Positions 10,357 to 21,876 of a stretch of DNA of 64,000 nt are shown here, piece by piece. The notes below the pieces were generated by a model, which made no database searches, was not told the origin of the DNA, and saw only the letters and a list, made by a program, of their open reading frames with translations. Made by a program: the position numbers and the translations under genes. The DNA is from an uncultured Bacteroidota bacterium (GTDB taxonomy: Bacteria; Bacteroidota; Bacteroidia; AKYH767-A; JABDAW01): NCBI GenBank assembly GCA_903844645.1, contig CAIMUP010000013.1, positions 1,428-65,427 on the forward strand, given 5' to 3'. The number at the start of each line of letters is the position of its first letter. Position 1 is the stretch's first letter.

Positions 10357-10362
10357 TTGGAA

Positions 10363-10923
10363 TTACTTCACCTTTCCGCAGTAGCCGGAAGTGCGGGTAT
10401 CTATCTTAATAATCTCCCCGATATTCACGAAAAGCGGCACCTGAATCTCGGCACCAGTCTCCAGAGTAGCGGCTTTGAGGGTATTGGTAGCGGTGTTTCC
10501 GCGTTCGCCAGGCTCGGTATAGGTAACTTCTAATTCCACAAAAGTCGGCACATCGCCAATGATCGGGGTCTCGCCCTCGAAGGCTACTTTCACAATCATT
10601 TCTTCTTTGAGGAAACGAACATTTTCCCCGAATAATTCCTCGGGAATATGTACCTGTTCGTAAGTTTCATTATCCATACAAACCAAGTGCTCACCTTCTT
10701 TGTAGATGAATTGCAGTTCCTTGTATTCCATCCTGACCAGCTCCACTTCCTCGCCAGATCGGAAGCGATATTCTGCCGATTTGCCGGTCTTTACATTCTT
10801 CATTTTAGCTTGATAGAAAGCACGAAGATTTCCCGGAGTCCGGTGTTGGTATTCGGTTATTACGCACAATTCGCCGTTGAATCTAATGACCGATCCGAGA
10901 TGAATATCTGATGTTGTTGCCAT
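10363..10923 (-). CDS. efp: elongation factor P
   Basis: 186 aa. KPGKG-like loop region (YQHRTPGNLRAFYQAKMKNVKTGK). The overall EF-P domain pattern is present. Confidence 0.93.
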   Translation of the reverse strand: MATTSDIHLGSVIRFNGELCVITEYQHRTPGNLRAFYQAKMKNVKTGKSAEYRFRSGEEVELVRMEYKELQFIYKEGEHLVCMDNETYEQVHIPEELFGENVRFLKEEMIVKVAFEGETPIIGDVPTFVELEVTYTEPGERGNTATNTLKAATLETGAEIQVPLFVNIGEIIKIDTRTSGYCGKVK

Positions 10924-11009
10924 AGTCTTTATTAAATATAAATTATTATTAAGGGCGGCAAAAATAGGAAAAGGATTTGAGAATGGAATTCGGGCAGTGC
11001 AAATGGTTA

Positions 11010-12275
11010 TTAATTGTTGTTGGATTTTGTTTTAGAATAATGATGCTTCAAGAAAACAAACCAGGCAATGAGTGTACATACCGCCCCCAGCCACATCGTG
11101 AAACTAATCAGTTGAGCCACTACGAAACCCGCTAATATCGGGGGAATGGCTGATGATAGCGAGATGATGCTTTGGTTGATGCCGATGATCTCTCCCTGGA
11201 TTGTTTTATCTGTTGAATTAGAGACGATGGCAAGGGAATTAGGATAGACGAATCCTTGGAATATCGGCAGGAATGGGAACCAGATAAGCGTCATGATGAA
11301 GTCAGTAGGGATGAGCATCAACAGATAACTCAACGCAAAGACGGGCATGAAGATGAGCATGGCGCGTTCCGGCGTGAAATATTTGGTAATCGGGCGGATG
11401 AGGATGCCTTGCGTGATGCCCACCCAGAGGCTGAACCAGGCAATGACATAGCCTAATGTCTTGACATCGAAATCGAACTTTATCTTGGCATATTCCTGAT
11501 AATAAATAATGAAAAAAGCGAAGCCGAGATTCATCAAGAAGATGACAGCGAAGATGTTCTTGAGGTCAGCATTGCGAAAGGCTGTCCTTACATTCCGGAA
11601 GCCTGTAAGAGGAGAAATAATGCTGTCGGGATTGCTGTGAATCATGTCAGGGAATTTAATCAGAAGGAAAATAACATTGGCTAAGGAAAGCAAAGCGATG
11701 AAGAAAAAGGGAGTTGCGAAATTGAACCAACTGACAATGGAAGGGTCAGATAAAAGCCCGCTGCATATAGCTCCTACGATGAATCCCATGCCGAAGCCAA
11801 CGCCGACTAATCCGAAGTTCTTTGCCTTGTTTTCATCCGTACTGTAATCTGCTATGGCAGATTGAACCACCGGCAAACTTGTTCCGCCTAAGCCCGCCAA
11901 AGTCCTTGCGGTGAGCAGTATATAATATTCTTTAAGATAGATTCCAAGCGCGAAAAGCAAGTAGCAAAAGATATTCACAGTGAAGGCAAAAGCGATGACT
12001 TTCTTTCTCCCTATCCTATCCGATATGGCTCCGAGAATAGGTGCTCCGATGAATTGTCCCAGCGACCAGAAGCCCGCCATCAGCCCGAACTTCAAGGTCT
12101 TTTCTGATAATGGAACGGAGGAAGCGAAGATGCTTTGCTTGGCATCGAAATAGATGGAAGCAAAGATCGGGAACGCTACTCCCATCGCGAAATAGTCAAT
12201 GAAGACGGTGAGGAAAATGATGAACAGCGAGAGGTTTGTGTTTTTGTTATTTGGAGAGGATGTTAGCATTGGCAT
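11010..12275 (-). CDS. MFS transporter (drug:H+ antiporter-like)
   Basis: 12 TM segments. MFS signature GAISDRIGRKK sits between TM2 and TM3. Confidence 0.8.
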   Translation of the reverse strand: MPMLTSSPNNKNTNLSLFIIFLTVFIDYFAMGVAFPIFASIYFDAKQSIFASSVPLSEKTLKFGLMAGFWSLGQFIGAPILGAISDRIGRKKVIAFAFTVNIFCYLLFALGIYLKEYYILLTARTLAGLGGTSLPVVQSAIADYSTDENKAKNFGLVGVGFGMGFIVGAICSGLLSDPSIVSWFNFATPFFFIALLSLANVIFLLIKFPDMIHSNPDSIISPLTGFRNVRTAFRNADLKNIFAVIFLMNLGFAFFIIYYQEYAKIKFDFDVKTLGYVIAWFSLWVGITQGILIRPITKYFTPERAMLIFMPVFALSYLLMLIPTDFIMTLIWFPFLPIFQGFVYPNSLAIVSNSTDKTIQGEIIGINQSIISLSSAIPPILAGFVVAQLISFTMWLGAVCTLIAWFVFLKHHYSKTKSNNN

Positions 12276-13794
12276 AATGTTTTTTGTTATGGATTAAATA
12301 ATTCAATTGGTACAAAGAGAATTTAGAATTACTCCAAAGCAAAAGAGGCTTATCGGGATAAATCATTAGGAATTTTTTTGTAGAATCATCGGGGAGGTCG
12401 GTGCAGGTCAAGAGGTATTGAACATTGTACTTCAAATTATTATATGCAATGCTTTCTAATGATTGATTGGCACATAAAATTGTTCGGCGATCAGTATAGA
12501 GATTCAATGCCCTTGGCTTGTTGAATGCAATTTTTGCATCCATCGGAGTATTCCTTTTTATATATTCAAATGCTTCGACAGCTTCTGCTTCCTGCGGTCC
12601 TGGCAAGGTTTCGTTTTGATGTCGGATGATGTTGATGGCACTGAATGAATAAGGAATCAGGATGAATAAGCCGAGAGAAAGGATGATGATATTCTTCTTG
12701 AGTGGGGAATTAATCTTCACCATCATTAAACCAATTACAGTATAATAAATAAGGATGGGAAAGACAGGAAATAAGAATCGCATTCCTGAATTCATATCGG
12801 GATAAAGCAGGAGCGCAAAGAGATAGATGATGACGAAGAAGTCAATGAAATCAACCTTCCTGAAACATTTCTTCAGGAAGCCGATGGTGGTAAATAGCAC
12901 CACCAGCCATTGTGTAAGGATGGCGAGTAAAGGGAATACACCTCCGCCAGACATGAAGAAATATCTGAACGAATGGAGGTAATAACTTGCCTTCATTCGC
13001 AAGATAGGAAAGGATATTGAAGCGAAGTATTCACTGCCGATACCTATTTTAAACAATGCCTTAAAGTCTATCAATACAAACACTATCGTGATGGTGATGA
13101 CTAATGCTCGCTTCATTATTTCAAGTTTTATAGCATTGTTTCTTCTGTTTTTCCATAAGGATATGATGTCTTCAAGAATCAAAGCGGCAAGCAGCACAAT
13201 GCCGATGGTTCGGATGGAAATAAGGATGCCGAGAAGCAATCCGGTAAGGAGATATTTCAATGTCTTGTTTCCTTTTGTCTTTGAATAAACAAGGATCACA
13301 AGGATCAGGAATAAGGTGAATGGAATATCAGACATGATCTCCTCTTTGAAGTTCAAAGTGAAGGGATTATAGGCGAAGATCAGGACTAACAAGATGGAGA
13401 CAAGATCGCTGAAATGCTTGCGGTAGAAGGAAAAGAGTGCTATGCAGAGCAGGAATAGGATAAATGTAACAGTGATGACAAATCCTTTTATACTATTCCC
13501 AACATACAGACAAGTCATTGCCAGGATGAGTGGGAAACCCACAGGACGAGCGGAGATATGCACTCCCGGACTTCTTATATCATCAATGAATCCCGTCGCT
13601 GATTGCGGAATTCCTTTGGTGATGTTTATCGCTTGATGAATGTATTGCGCGAAGTCGTCGCCCCAGTCGTGGCTGTTGCGGATATTGATGAAGAACAAGG
13701 GAATACAGAGGGCATACACAAGTGCAGATGCCATGAACTTCCTCTTAAACAACTTATCCATGATAATCTTGCTCGGCATTGACATTCCAGACAT
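12247..13794 (-). CDS. GT-C fold membrane glycosyltransferase-like protein (ArnT/PMT family-like); start uncertain
   Basis: The first 350 aa are multi-TM, with an acidic DWGDDFAQY motif in the first loop. A soluble C-terminal domain follows. It overlaps the neighbours at both ends, so the true start is probably internal (MDKLFKRKF). Confidence 0.45.
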   Translation of the reverse strand: MSGMSMPSKIIMDKLFKRKFMASALVYALCIPLFFINIRNSHDWGDDFAQYIHQAINITKGIPQSATGFIDDIRSPGVHISARPVGFPLILAMTCLYVGNSIKGFVITVTFILFLLCIALFSFYRKHFSDLVSILLVLIFAYNPFTLNFKEEIMSDIPFTLFLILVILVYSKTKGNKTLKYLLTGLLLGILISIRTIGIVLLAALILEDIISLWKNRRNNAIKLEIMKRALVITITIVFVLIDFKALFKIGIGSEYFASISFPILRMKASYYLHSFRYFFMSGGGVFPLLAILTQWLVVLFTTIGFLKKCFRKVDFIDFFVIIYLFALLLYPDMNSGMRFLFPVFPILIYYTVIGLMMVKINSPLKKNIIILSLGLFILIPYSFSAINIIRHQNETLPGPQEAEAVEAFEYIKRNTPMDAKIAFNKPRALNLYTDRRTILCANQSLESIAYNNLKYNVQYLLTCTDLPDDSTKKFLMIYPDKPLLLWSNSKFSLYQLNYLIHNKKHYANANILSK

Positions 13795-15334
13795 TTTCTT
13801 TCGTCGTGATGTCCGCGATAATATTGTCCACGGCGGTCATGGCGCAGAGCATGGAATGGTCTTGGTTGTTGTATTTGTGCATTCCATTGCGACCGATGAG
13901 GAAAAGATTTTGAAAGGCATCGGTGAAAGTTTTAATCTCCTCAAAACGATCGTAAGTACCAAAGTATGCGGGGTAACTTTTCTTCTCTTTGATGATGATT
14001 GCATCGAGAACATCGGAAGCATCAATGAAACCAAGCTGTTGCAATTCGGCGGTAGCAAAAGCTCTCATATCTTCATCCGATTTATTCCACAACGCATCGC
14101 CTTCATCGCAGAAATAATCCAAGCCCAGCCATACTTTCGAGGTGTCATGCAGCATATAGGGACTGAAATTATTATACACCACTATCCGCCCCAGCATTAC
14201 GTTTGGTTCCTGGACATAGATCCAATTATCAGCGATTAAACTCTTGCCATCGCTGTTCTTATAATTCAACTTATTCAACAATAATCCGACGGATATAAAA
14301 TCGCGATAGATAAGACCGCCGGCTACCTCGCTGACATTAGCAGGTACATCCTGCATTGCCGCAATAAGTTGCTTGACGGGCATAGTGGAGAAGAAGTAAT
14401 CGCCATCATAAATTATTTCTTCGGCATTATCAGAAGTGCCGTCGTCAGTAGCTTTGATGGATGTTATGTTATTCCCCGAAGCAATTATCGAAGTAACATT
14501 TTTATTAAAATGTATCGCTCCGCCTTTCGCCAAAATGATACTGGCTACTTCGTCCCACATCTGCCCGGTGCCGAGTTTCGGATAGAGGAAATGCTCGGTG
14601 ATATGTTCATCGGATGTTGAATTATTAATCCCAATAATTTTCTTTAAAGCATGAATAAAAACTTTGGTAACCGATAAGCCCTTGATGCGTTGCGCGCCCC
14701 ATTCCGGCTTGATTTGGTCGCAGGGCACGCCCCAAACCTTCTCGGTATAGTCTTTAAAGAATGTTACATATAGCTCTTTGCCAAAGCGATTAATCAAGAA
14801 ATCTTGTAGCGAGGACTCTTTGCTGATCGGGAATAATTTCACGAGTAGATAACTCCAGAGAATCTTTGAAATCCGCACCAGTCCCAGGTTTCTGATCATT
14901 TCCATACCGAGCGAGACGGGATAAGAGAAGAAACTATGTAGATAAAATATCCGCGTAAAGCGATCTTTAATCAACAGCACTTTATCTTCCGTCAGCGGAT
15001 CGGGACCGGTGGCGGAGAGCGGTATCTTGCGCTTATTATTTTGATAAGAAATCTCAATATCATTTTGGTTAATGCCCTCAATTCCCTGCAACGGCAGGAT
15101 ATTCAGCCACCAGTTCATCACCCGGTCAGATTTTGAGAAGAAGCGATGCGGACCGATGTCTATGCGGTTGCCTTTATAATTAATGGTCTTCGCAAGTCCG
15201 CCCACAACGCTACTTTTTTCTAATATTATCGGCATGATGTCGGTACGCATGAGGAGTTCGTAGGCGGCGGTCAGTCCGGCAGGACCGGCACCGATGATGA
15301 TAGCAGTTTTTTTCTTTCCCTTAATGTCTTCCAT
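13754..15334 (-). CDS. FAD/NAD(P)-binding oxidoreductase (amine-oxidase/phytoene-desaturase-like fold)
   Basis: N-terminal dinucleotide-binding motif [17 protein letters not shown], then GGLAKT...IDIGPHRFF. Length is 526 aa. It sits at the head of the oxidoreductase-GT-MFS gene string. Confidence 0.65.
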   Translation of the reverse strand: MEDIKGKKKTAIIIGAGPAGLTAAYELLMRTDIMPIILEKSSVVGGLAKTINYKGNRIDIGPHRFFSKSDRVMNWWLNILPLQGIEGINQNDIEISYQNNKRKIPLSATGPDPLTEDKVLLIKDRFTRIFYLHSFFSYPVSLGMEMIRNLGLVRISKILWSYLLVKLFPISKESSLQDFLINRFGKELYVTFFKDYTEKVWGVPCDQIKPEWGAQRIKGLSVTKVFIHALKKIIGINNSTSDEHITEHFLYPKLGTGQMWDEVASIILAKGGAIHFNKNVTSIIASGNNITSIKATDDGTSDNAEEIIYDGDYFFSTMPVKQLIAAMQDVPANVSEVAGGLIYRDFISVGLLLNKLNYKNSDGKSLIADNWIYVQEPNVMLGRIVVYNNFSPYMLHDTSKVWLGLDYFCDEGDALWNKSDEDMRAFATAELQQLGFIDASDVLDAIIIKEKKSYPAYFGTYDRFEEIKTFTDAFQNLFLIGRNGMHKYNNQDHSMLCAMTAVDNIIADITTKENVWNVNAEQDYHG

Positions 15335-15544
15335 GATGGTGGCAAAGAAAGGAAATTCGTGGGGCAGGGATGGAAAACTTTTTTTTCAGAGAATTGTATT
15401 TCTCCACTATTTTTAGTATCATTGCAACCTCGAACAAAAAATGAAGCCTCAAAACACATATAATAATCTCGCAAATCTCTCCAATAATTTTGGAGGTGGG
15501 GCTTGCATATTAAATAGAGTTTGTGTAAACTCGAAGCCGCCTCA

Positions 15545-15577
<33 letters not shown>

Positions 15578-15659
15578 CAAATTTTTTGAAATAACCAAAT
15601 CGGAGAACACTTTTTCTGGTTCGGTTCAAAAAATTTCGTTTTCCTTTTCTAATCTTTCA

Positions 15660-15945
15660 TTAAAGTTTCCAAAAATTTCCGCGATTTTTCAGGAATCTTG
15701 GTCAAGTCGCCAGAGTTTTGACCAAAGTTTCATACGCCCCAGCCAAAGTGTGCCGAACTTCAGCCAAAGTTTTGGAAACTTTGACCAAAGTCCAGCGACT
15801 TTGACCAAAGTAGATGAAGATTCGGTTGAGGTTTCTGAAACTTTGACCAAAGTGGGCTTCACCGTGGTCAAAGTTTCTGCTTTCTCGCCCAAAGTTTCCG
15901 GAAATTCCTCCAAAGTTTCCCAAAAATCCCCCAAAGTTTCTGAAA
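15660..15945. repeat. degenerate 21-bp periodic array (about 13 copies) with a conserved CCAAAGT core
   Basis: CCAAAGT occurs at 15722, 15743, 15764, 15785, 15805, 15847, 15867, 15889, 15909 and 15930. The spacings are 20 to 22 bp, or 42 bp where one copy is missing. Confidence 0.7.
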
Positions 15946-16076
15946 CTTCGGGACCTGTAGGAAGAATATTGGCTGTAAATCAGTCCATTTCTTTCCTGAC
16001 TTCGATTTTCGAGGTCCTTTTACAAAATCCCGCTAACGGAATCCAAATAGAAATTTAATAACTTAATAAATAAACT

Positions 16077-16778
16077 ATGATCATAAATTACAGAGGTCCT
16101 TACAAAGCGGCTACGCTTGACGGGCAAATTGACCAAATCCGAATCATCGGAGTAAAAATGGGAACGTACAAATTAACGTTGGACCTTCTCCAACCGAACA
16201 TTGACCGGGTGAACAACACCTACCTGATGCTTAAATATGTCGATGGCTGCGAAAACAGCGTGGACGGCTACAAAAAAAATCTGAACGATTACAAGCATGA
16301 ATTGTTGAGCGGCGACAAGGCGCATCAGATGAATGCGTTCCCCGTGATGGAGGCGTTTGCCACCGCCCCTGCCGCTACCAAAGGCGGTATTTGGCATTTT
16401 ATCGAAAGCCAACGGAGCATCATGATGGAGCATGATAATTGGACGGACGGCATCGGCGAAGACATGCACCTTTTAGGTCCGATGCGCCAGTTGGATTCTA
16501 ACCTTTATGTGCCCGAAGTGAGGCTGAAAGTGCGAGCCGGAGTTATCGAAGCGATTACCGATTCGGCGATTATCACGAATCATAAACTCTATGTCGGACC
16601 GCAAGGCATTGACCCGATTCCGTTTATCACCGATTTTAAAGGTGCTAAATACGAATATCACCGCACCATCGCGCCCCCGACGACTTCCGAAAAGCTGAAT
16701 GTAATGATTCGCGGCATGTTCGATAATGAAATTATAGGGCACGATTCGGCAATCGTACAGATAGCTTATAAAGGATAA
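16077..16778 (+). CDS. hypothetical protein
   Basis: 233-aa ORF with no recognisable motif. It is followed by a hairpin terminator. Confidence 0.5.
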   Translation: MIINYRGPYKAATLDGQIDQIRIIGVKMGTYKLTLDLLQPNIDRVNNTYLMLKYVDGCENSVDGYKKNLNDYKHELLSGDKAHQMNAFPVMEAFATAPAATKGGIWHFIESQRSIMMEHDNWTDGIGEDMHLLGPMRQLDSNLYVPEVRLKVRAGVIEAITDSAIITNHKLYVGPQGIDPIPFITDFKGAKYEYHRTIAPPTTSEKLNVMIRGMFDNEIIGHDSAIVQIAYKG

Positions 16779-16818
16779 TCTGATGAGTGAAATCCTCCCC
16801 ATTCCGCAAGCTGAAATA

Positions 16819-16852
16819 CCTCCTATTAATATAGGAGGTGTTTCGGTTTTGA
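16819..16852 (+). terminator. rho-independent terminator
   Basis: CCTCCTA-ttaata-TAGGAGG hairpin at 16819-16838, followed by a TGTTTCGGTTTTGATT T-rich tract. Confidence 0.55.
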
Positions 16853-17018
16853 TTCGTGAAATGAGGAAAGAAATTATGGAGGATGAAAATTATACGGAGG
16901 AAGTGGGAATGAATTTTAAATTAATAGGGAAAGAAATAGAGGAGGAAAAATGATGACATAAAAAAAGAGAAACTAAAAACACAAACCATGAATAATGGTA
17001 ATATTATAAGCCTAAAAA

Positions 17019-17065
17019 GGAAACCTCTCACGGAAGTGAGAGCGTTTCCTTTTCTTGTTTTTATT
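17019..17065 (+). terminator. strong hairpin plus T-tract (terminator or leader structure) upstream of the metalloprotease gene
   Basis: GGAAACCTCTCAC-ggaa-GTGAGAGCGTTTCC perfect 13-bp stem, followed by TTTTCTTGTTTTT. Confidence 0.5.
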
Positions 17066-17125
17066 CAAGATAAAAGGGATATGCTAATGCCCTAACCAAG
17101 TAGGCGAAACTAAAAAATTAATCTT

Positions 17126-19681
17126 ATGTACAATTTAAACACACAAACAAAAAGTAACCAGACCCAAAAAGGTCAAACCAAAGAAAAAAAGTTTTGCCAT
17201 GCGAAACTTAATCACTATTTTGCAGTCGTTATGATGATTGCAATGAGTACACTTTTAACACCGGGGGCTAAGGCTCAAGGAACAACAGTATCTTTATCAA
17301 CCACCGTTTCGCATTTCGTGGGTGGAGCAAACATTTCGTGTAACAGTAACAGCGATGGTAGTGTTACCTTATCGGTTTCTGGAGGGACTACTCCTTACAC
17401 CTATTTATGGTCGGACGATGAAACCACCAAAGATGTAAGCGGACTGTTAGCAGGTACCTACACCGTTACGGTAACTGATGCCAGTGTAAGCGGAGTAACC
17501 GCCACGGCATCCATTACTTTAACCGAACCAGATTTGATAATTGCCAACATTGATTCCGCTTCTTTAATTAAAGTAGCGTGTAATGGCGGAAACAACGGAC
17601 AAGCGGGGGTTACGGCATTTGGCGGAACGGGAGGATATACCTATATGTGGGGATGGGGTACAGACACCGTTCAAACAACCCCTATCGCCACAGGATTATG
17701 GGCAGGGAAATGGAGCGTAACAGTAACCGATACTAACGGTTGCCAGGCATATAATACGGCAACTGTAAATGAACCACCACCAGATACCCTATTATTATTT
17801 TCTCTATCTTCCTTAACGTATTACGATTTAGATTCTGCACAAAAAGCAAGATACGATACCATTATGTCTTATCAGGATATTAATACACCGATTTATTTTA
17901 TTAATATTGCACAACTCGGAACTAATTGTAATAATGCGGGTACTTATAAAATAGTAATGCCATTTTTTTATTATGACAGCATCACTGTAACTACAAACGC
18001 AATACATTATATCTCTAATGATGATTATGAGTTTGGAGGTAATATTGTTATGTCTTCACCGTATATTAATGATACAACGATCATTGATTCGTTTGCAACT
18101 TCGCATTTTGACATTGGAACTATAAACTTAATTGCAGATAGTGGTGCTAGATATGGGAATTTAATTTACAATAACGATTATTATAATATTACGGACTTAT
18201 CAGGAGGAATACAGATTATTTATAAGAAAATTTTATCTGCTGGAAGATGTGGTGATAATACAAACTCTGATGATAATAGGACCAATCAATGGACTCCAAA
18301 CTCCGATCCTTGTGTTTATAAGAGATTAAAAATTCTTTTTTGTTTTACACAAGCAGGGTGGACAGAAGCTTGGCATAATTATGGCGGTTCTATGCATTCT
18401 GTTGCACAACAATGCTTAACTAGTTTGGCGAATGTTTGGGGTTATAGTCAAAACCTTCCTGACTTTAGCGAAGCATGGGCATCAGCGGGAGAAATTATGA
18501 ATACCAATTTGATTGAAACTAATGATGCATGGGAGGATATTAAAACATTTTCTGATCAGGATATATCCTATTATCATTATAGACAACAGTACAATGCTGA
18601 TTTAGTAATATTTATTACTAATGCAAATTATACTGATGGTACCACAGGGCAATCAAGGAAACTTGGACCATGGCGAGACAGTGCTTTTGCTATTGTTGAA
18701 GCAAATTATCTTTTTGGTAATTATTCTTTTGCTCATGAAATTGGTCATTTATTTGGAGCGAGGCATGAAACATGCAATGATGATCCTGGTTATCCTCTTT
18801 CATGTGATCCAAATACAGATAATTCTATAGCACATGGGGTTGAACATGACTTTGTTTGGTATAATTGGCTTCATTCTGTAGATTATCATTGTTATTATCA
18901 TGACATTATGGCATATAAACAAAGCTATGCAGGAAATCATGTAATTACCACTGTACCTTGTTATTCCAATACTAATGAAAATTTTGATGGTCCCGATGGC
19001 AGTCCGCATAGTTTAGGAGATTATACAACGCATGATGCCGCCGCGGAAATTAGTAACAATTATGCTGAAGTGATAAGTTTTTATACAGATGGCAACATTC
19101 CATTTAGCATCAATGTGTCAACATGGGCTCCGGGGCTTTGCGGTGATCCACATAATTTACGTGCTCACCTTAACGTAGTAAATTGTAATGGACCTGATGC
19201 TTATTATATAGATTGGTATGCAAATACATCGGGGGTAAATCTTAATAATTCTCATTATGCATCAAATGTTGACCATATTGAAATGGCACATGGTCATCAT
19301 TGGGTTGGTTATGTAAAAATTACAGATGCAACTAATTCGAATTTAACATGGACTGCTGGTTTCAATGTAGCTTCACCTGCACCTTGTCATCAAAGATTTA
19401 ATGACCCATCAAATTCTAATAAAAAAAGCACTAATTCAGTAGCTATATTTCCAAACCCTAATAATGGTTCTTTCACACTTAATATAAACAGTATTATTGA
19501 TGATAAGGCAGCTTATGAAATAATAAATGTAATGGGTCAGCAAGTATTTCAAGAGAATATTATTTTGAATAAAGGAGAGAATATTTTTGAAATTACTAAA
19601 AACAATTTTGTAGCAGGGTATTATATAATAAGGGTAAAGGGTTCTTCAATGACAAACAACTTACCGTTAATTATAGAATAA
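17126..19681 (+). CDS. secreted metzincin-type zinc metalloprotease with N-terminal SprB repeats and T9SS C-terminal domain
   Basis: Two SprB-like repeats (GGTTPYTYLW..., GGTGGYTYMW...). Zinc-binding motif HEIGHLFGARHE (HExxHxxGxxH). The C-terminal about 80 aa matches the T9SS sorting domain. The real start is probably the internal MMIAMSTLL signal peptide near 17231. Confidence 0.75.
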   Translation: MYNLNTQTKSNQTQKGQTKEKKFCHAKLNHYFAVVMMIAMSTLLTPGAKAQGTTVSLSTTVSHFVGGANISCNSNSDGSVTLSVSGGTTPYTYLWSDDETTKDVSGLLAGTYTVTVTDASVSGVTATASITLTEPDLIIANIDSASLIKVACNGGNNGQAGVTAFGGTGGYTYMWGWGTDTVQTTPIATGLWAGKWSVTVTDTNGCQAYNTATVNEPPPDTLLLFSLSSLTYYDLDSAQKARYDTIMSYQDINTPIYFINIAQLGTNCNNAGTYKIVMPFFYYDSITVTTNAIHYISNDDYEFGGNIVMSSPYINDTTIIDSFATSHFDIGTINLIADSGARYGNLIYNNDYYNITDLSGGIQIIYKKILSAGRCGDNTNSDDNRTNQWTPNSDPCVYKRLKILFCFTQAGWTEAWHNYGGSMHSVAQQCLTSLANVWGYSQNLPDFSEAWASAGEIMNTNLIETNDAWEDIKTFSDQDISYYHYRQQYNADLVIFITNANYTDGTTGQSRKLGPWRDSAFAIVEANYLFGNYSFAHEIGHLFGARHETCNDDPGYPLSCDPNTDNSIAHGVEHDFVWYNWLHSVDYHCYYHDIMAYKQSYAGNHVITTVPCYSNTNENFDGPDGSPHSLGDYTTHDAAAEISNNYAEVISFYTDGNIPFSINVSTWAPGLCGDPHNLRAHLNVVNCNGPDAYYIDWYANTSGVNLNNSHYASNVDHIEMAHGHHWVGYVKITDATNSNLTWTAGFNVASPAPCHQRFNDPSNSNKKSTNSVAIFPNPNNGSFTLNINSIIDDKAAYEIINVMGQQVFQENIILNKGENIFEITKNNFVAGYYIIRVKGSSMTNNLPLIIE

Positions 19682-19684
19682 GTT

Positions 19685-20410
19685 ATGAAATATTATATCT
19701 GTATTTTATTGTTGTTTTTTCTATTAAGCAACAAAGTTTTTAGTCAGAGTTTTTATATAATTGGAGGCATGGGATTAAGTGGAGGTTTAGGATATGGATT
19801 AGATGACCATATTATTTTTAAATATAGTAACGGTGTAACCAAAAAAGTTGATGATTATCTTTCACAAAATCCTATATATGGATTTGGTATTTTCGGTTAT
19901 TGTTTATCCAATAAATTTAACATTGAGGTTGGTATTAATAGTTACGGAAAAAATAATAGCTATAGCCATGATGGTCTTCCTTTTTCATATGATAGTGGTT
20001 CATCTAAAAAGGTTCTTCGGATTATGCCTGCTGTTAAATTCAAGTTCACAAAAACTTCCCATTCTTTTTATTTGAAAGGAGGTGCATCACTTGGCTTTGG
20101 CGGTAATGAGTATCGTGCCTTTAAAATTTATAATGATCTACCTCCTTGGGATTCGGGAGGTTATAAAGTTCGATATTCAGGAGGAATTGCGCCTGGATAC
20201 ATGTATGCTATTGGCAAAGATTTTAGTTTTCATCAAGACAAGTATTTTCATTTTTTCAGTTTCTATGTTGAGTTAGTTTTTATAACTAATTCCTGGACTC
20301 CTGCAAAAGAAACGATACTTGAATCATTTGGAAAGATCAACATTCCTTCACTACAATTCTTTTACTCAACAAAAGCAATTCAGATGGGCTTGAAATACAG
20401 TTTTGATTAA
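19685..20410 (+). CDS. secreted/outer-membrane protein, hypothetical
   Basis: Signal peptide present. Gly/Tyr-rich beta-strand-like composition. Sits 4 bp after the protease gene. Confidence 0.45.
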   Translation: MKYYICILLLFFLLSNKVFSQSFYIIGGMGLSGGLGYGLDDHIIFKYSNGVTKKVDDYLSQNPIYGFGIFGYCLSNKFNIEVGINSYGKNNSYSHDGLPFSYDSGSSKKVLRIMPAVKFKFTKTSHSFYLKGGASLGFGGNEYRAFKIYNDLPPWDSGGYKVRYSGGIAPGYMYAIGKDFSFHQDKYFHFFSFYVELVFITNSWTPAKETILESFGKINIPSLQFFYSTKAIQMGLKYSFD

Positions 20411-20432
20411 GCAGAAAAGAGGTAAAAACCAT

Positions 20433-20465
20433 AAAAAGCGGTACACAGTGTACCGCTTTTTTGTT
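20433..20465 (+). terminator. rho-independent terminator
   Basis: GCGGTACAC-agt-GTACCGC perfect stem followed by TTTTTT. Confidence 0.8.
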
Positions 20466-20565
20466 TATATTGTAACCCTTTTTTCCTGCTATTGCTACAA
20501 TATTTTATTGAAGGAGGTATTTTAATTTTATTTTTTTGTCCAAAGAATATTTGTAAAATTCCCAA

Positions 20566-21870
20566 TTACTTACCCTTTATCAATTGACCATTGAGGCGCA
20601 TTAATTCTGTCTCTGCAACTTTGGTGTCATAGCGAGCAAGGATTACTGTGTTTTGGGCTCCCTCATAGCTTTGTTGTGCAACGCTCAAATCTAATGCGCT
20701 GCTGGCTCCAAGGCGATAACGTTCCAAGGCAACATCAAGGGTTTCTTTGGCGAGGGTAGAATTTTCTTCGATTAATTTCAGTGCTTCTAAATCGGTTTGG
20801 AAGGTTCTAAAAGCTTTCAAAAGATTTGATGAAACTTGTAATTTAATATCCTCATACATGAAATTATAGTTCTCGATATTGAGCTTCGCATTGCGGATAT
20901 TATGATTGAGAACCGAGCCGTTGAAAAGATTATAATTAATAGTAAACGATGGTCCGATAGCGACGTTTTGACTTTGAATAATAAAGCCCGCAGCATTTTC
21001 CGATCTGGTGCTCGAATATGCAAAACCAACGCCAAGAGTGGGGTAACGCTGCGCCTGCAATTGCCTTAAACCAAGCCTCGCAATCTTGATGTTTCTTTCA
21101 GATAATTGAAGAACCGTATTCTGTTGAATGGTCGAGGTTTTAAGCTCATCGAGAGAAGGTTTATACGTCAGCGAAATGCTATCCAAAACATTAAAATCAA
21201 GCTCTTCATTTCTGGCAATAACCTGGTTAAGATTTGTCTTGGCATTTGCAAGATTGGTATTCTGTTTAATAAGGGTTGATTTCTGAACATTCAAATCAAC
21301 TCGCGCCTGCAAGAAATCAAGCCGTGAACCAGAACCAAGATTGTATTTCTTTTCGGCAAGAGTTACTTTTTCTTCATAGACTTTGATAGCATCTTTTATA
21401 TTTTTTGCAAGTTCCTTTTGACGAACAACATCGTAATAAGAAAGTATGATGGAACTCACCGTGGTCTCAATAGCAATCTTGGAATTCACTTCGCCGATGT
21501 CTTCCAAAACCTTCAGTTTATCGTAAGAAACAAACATGTTGAAGCCATCAAATAATGTCCAAGAAAGAGCCGCACCGTAATTCAAAGCATCTGTCTTGAC
21601 ACCGGATTTATCAACGACATTGCCTGTGGAATAATCTTGATGTGTTTTGTTCATTGCGGTATTTCCATTCGCATAAAGATTCACTTGTGGCAACATCCCT
21701 GCATTGCCCGGAATGTTATTGTTTTTTGCCATTGCAGCGTTATTTTCCGCAACCAGAATGGAATAATTATTCTTCAACCCCAACGCTATTGCTTGGTCAA
21801 GCGTCAAGAGGTCTTGTGAATAGATTGAAACGGAAATAGAGATAAAAATTAATAGGAATAGATTTTTCAT
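20566..21870 (-). CDS. TolC-family outer membrane efflux protein
   Basis: Signal peptide present. Repeated coiled-coil and beta-barrel architecture in 434 aa. The N-terminus LTLDQAIALGLKNN is a typical OEP start. Confidence 0.8.
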   Translation of the reverse strand: MKNLFLLIFISISVSIYSQDLLTLDQAIALGLKNNYSILVAENNAAMAKNNNIPGNAGMLPQVNLYANGNTAMNKTHQDYSTGNVVDKSGVKTDALNYGAALSWTLFDGFNMFVSYDKLKVLEDIGEVNSKIAIETTVSSIILSYYDVVRQKELAKNIKDAIKVYEEKVTLAEKKYNLGSGSRLDFLQARVDLNVQKSTLIKQNTNLANAKTNLNQVIARNEELDFNVLDSISLTYKPSLDELKTSTIQQNTVLQLSERNIKIARLGLRQLQAQRYPTLGVGFAYSSTRSENAAGFIIQSQNVAIGPSFTINYNLFNGSVLNHNIRNAKLNIENYNFMYEDIKLQVSSNLLKAFRTFQTDLEALKLIEENSTLAKETLDVALERYRLGASSALDLSVAQQSYEGAQNTVILARYDTKVAETELMRLNGQLIKGK

Positions 21871-21876
21871 TGCTAT

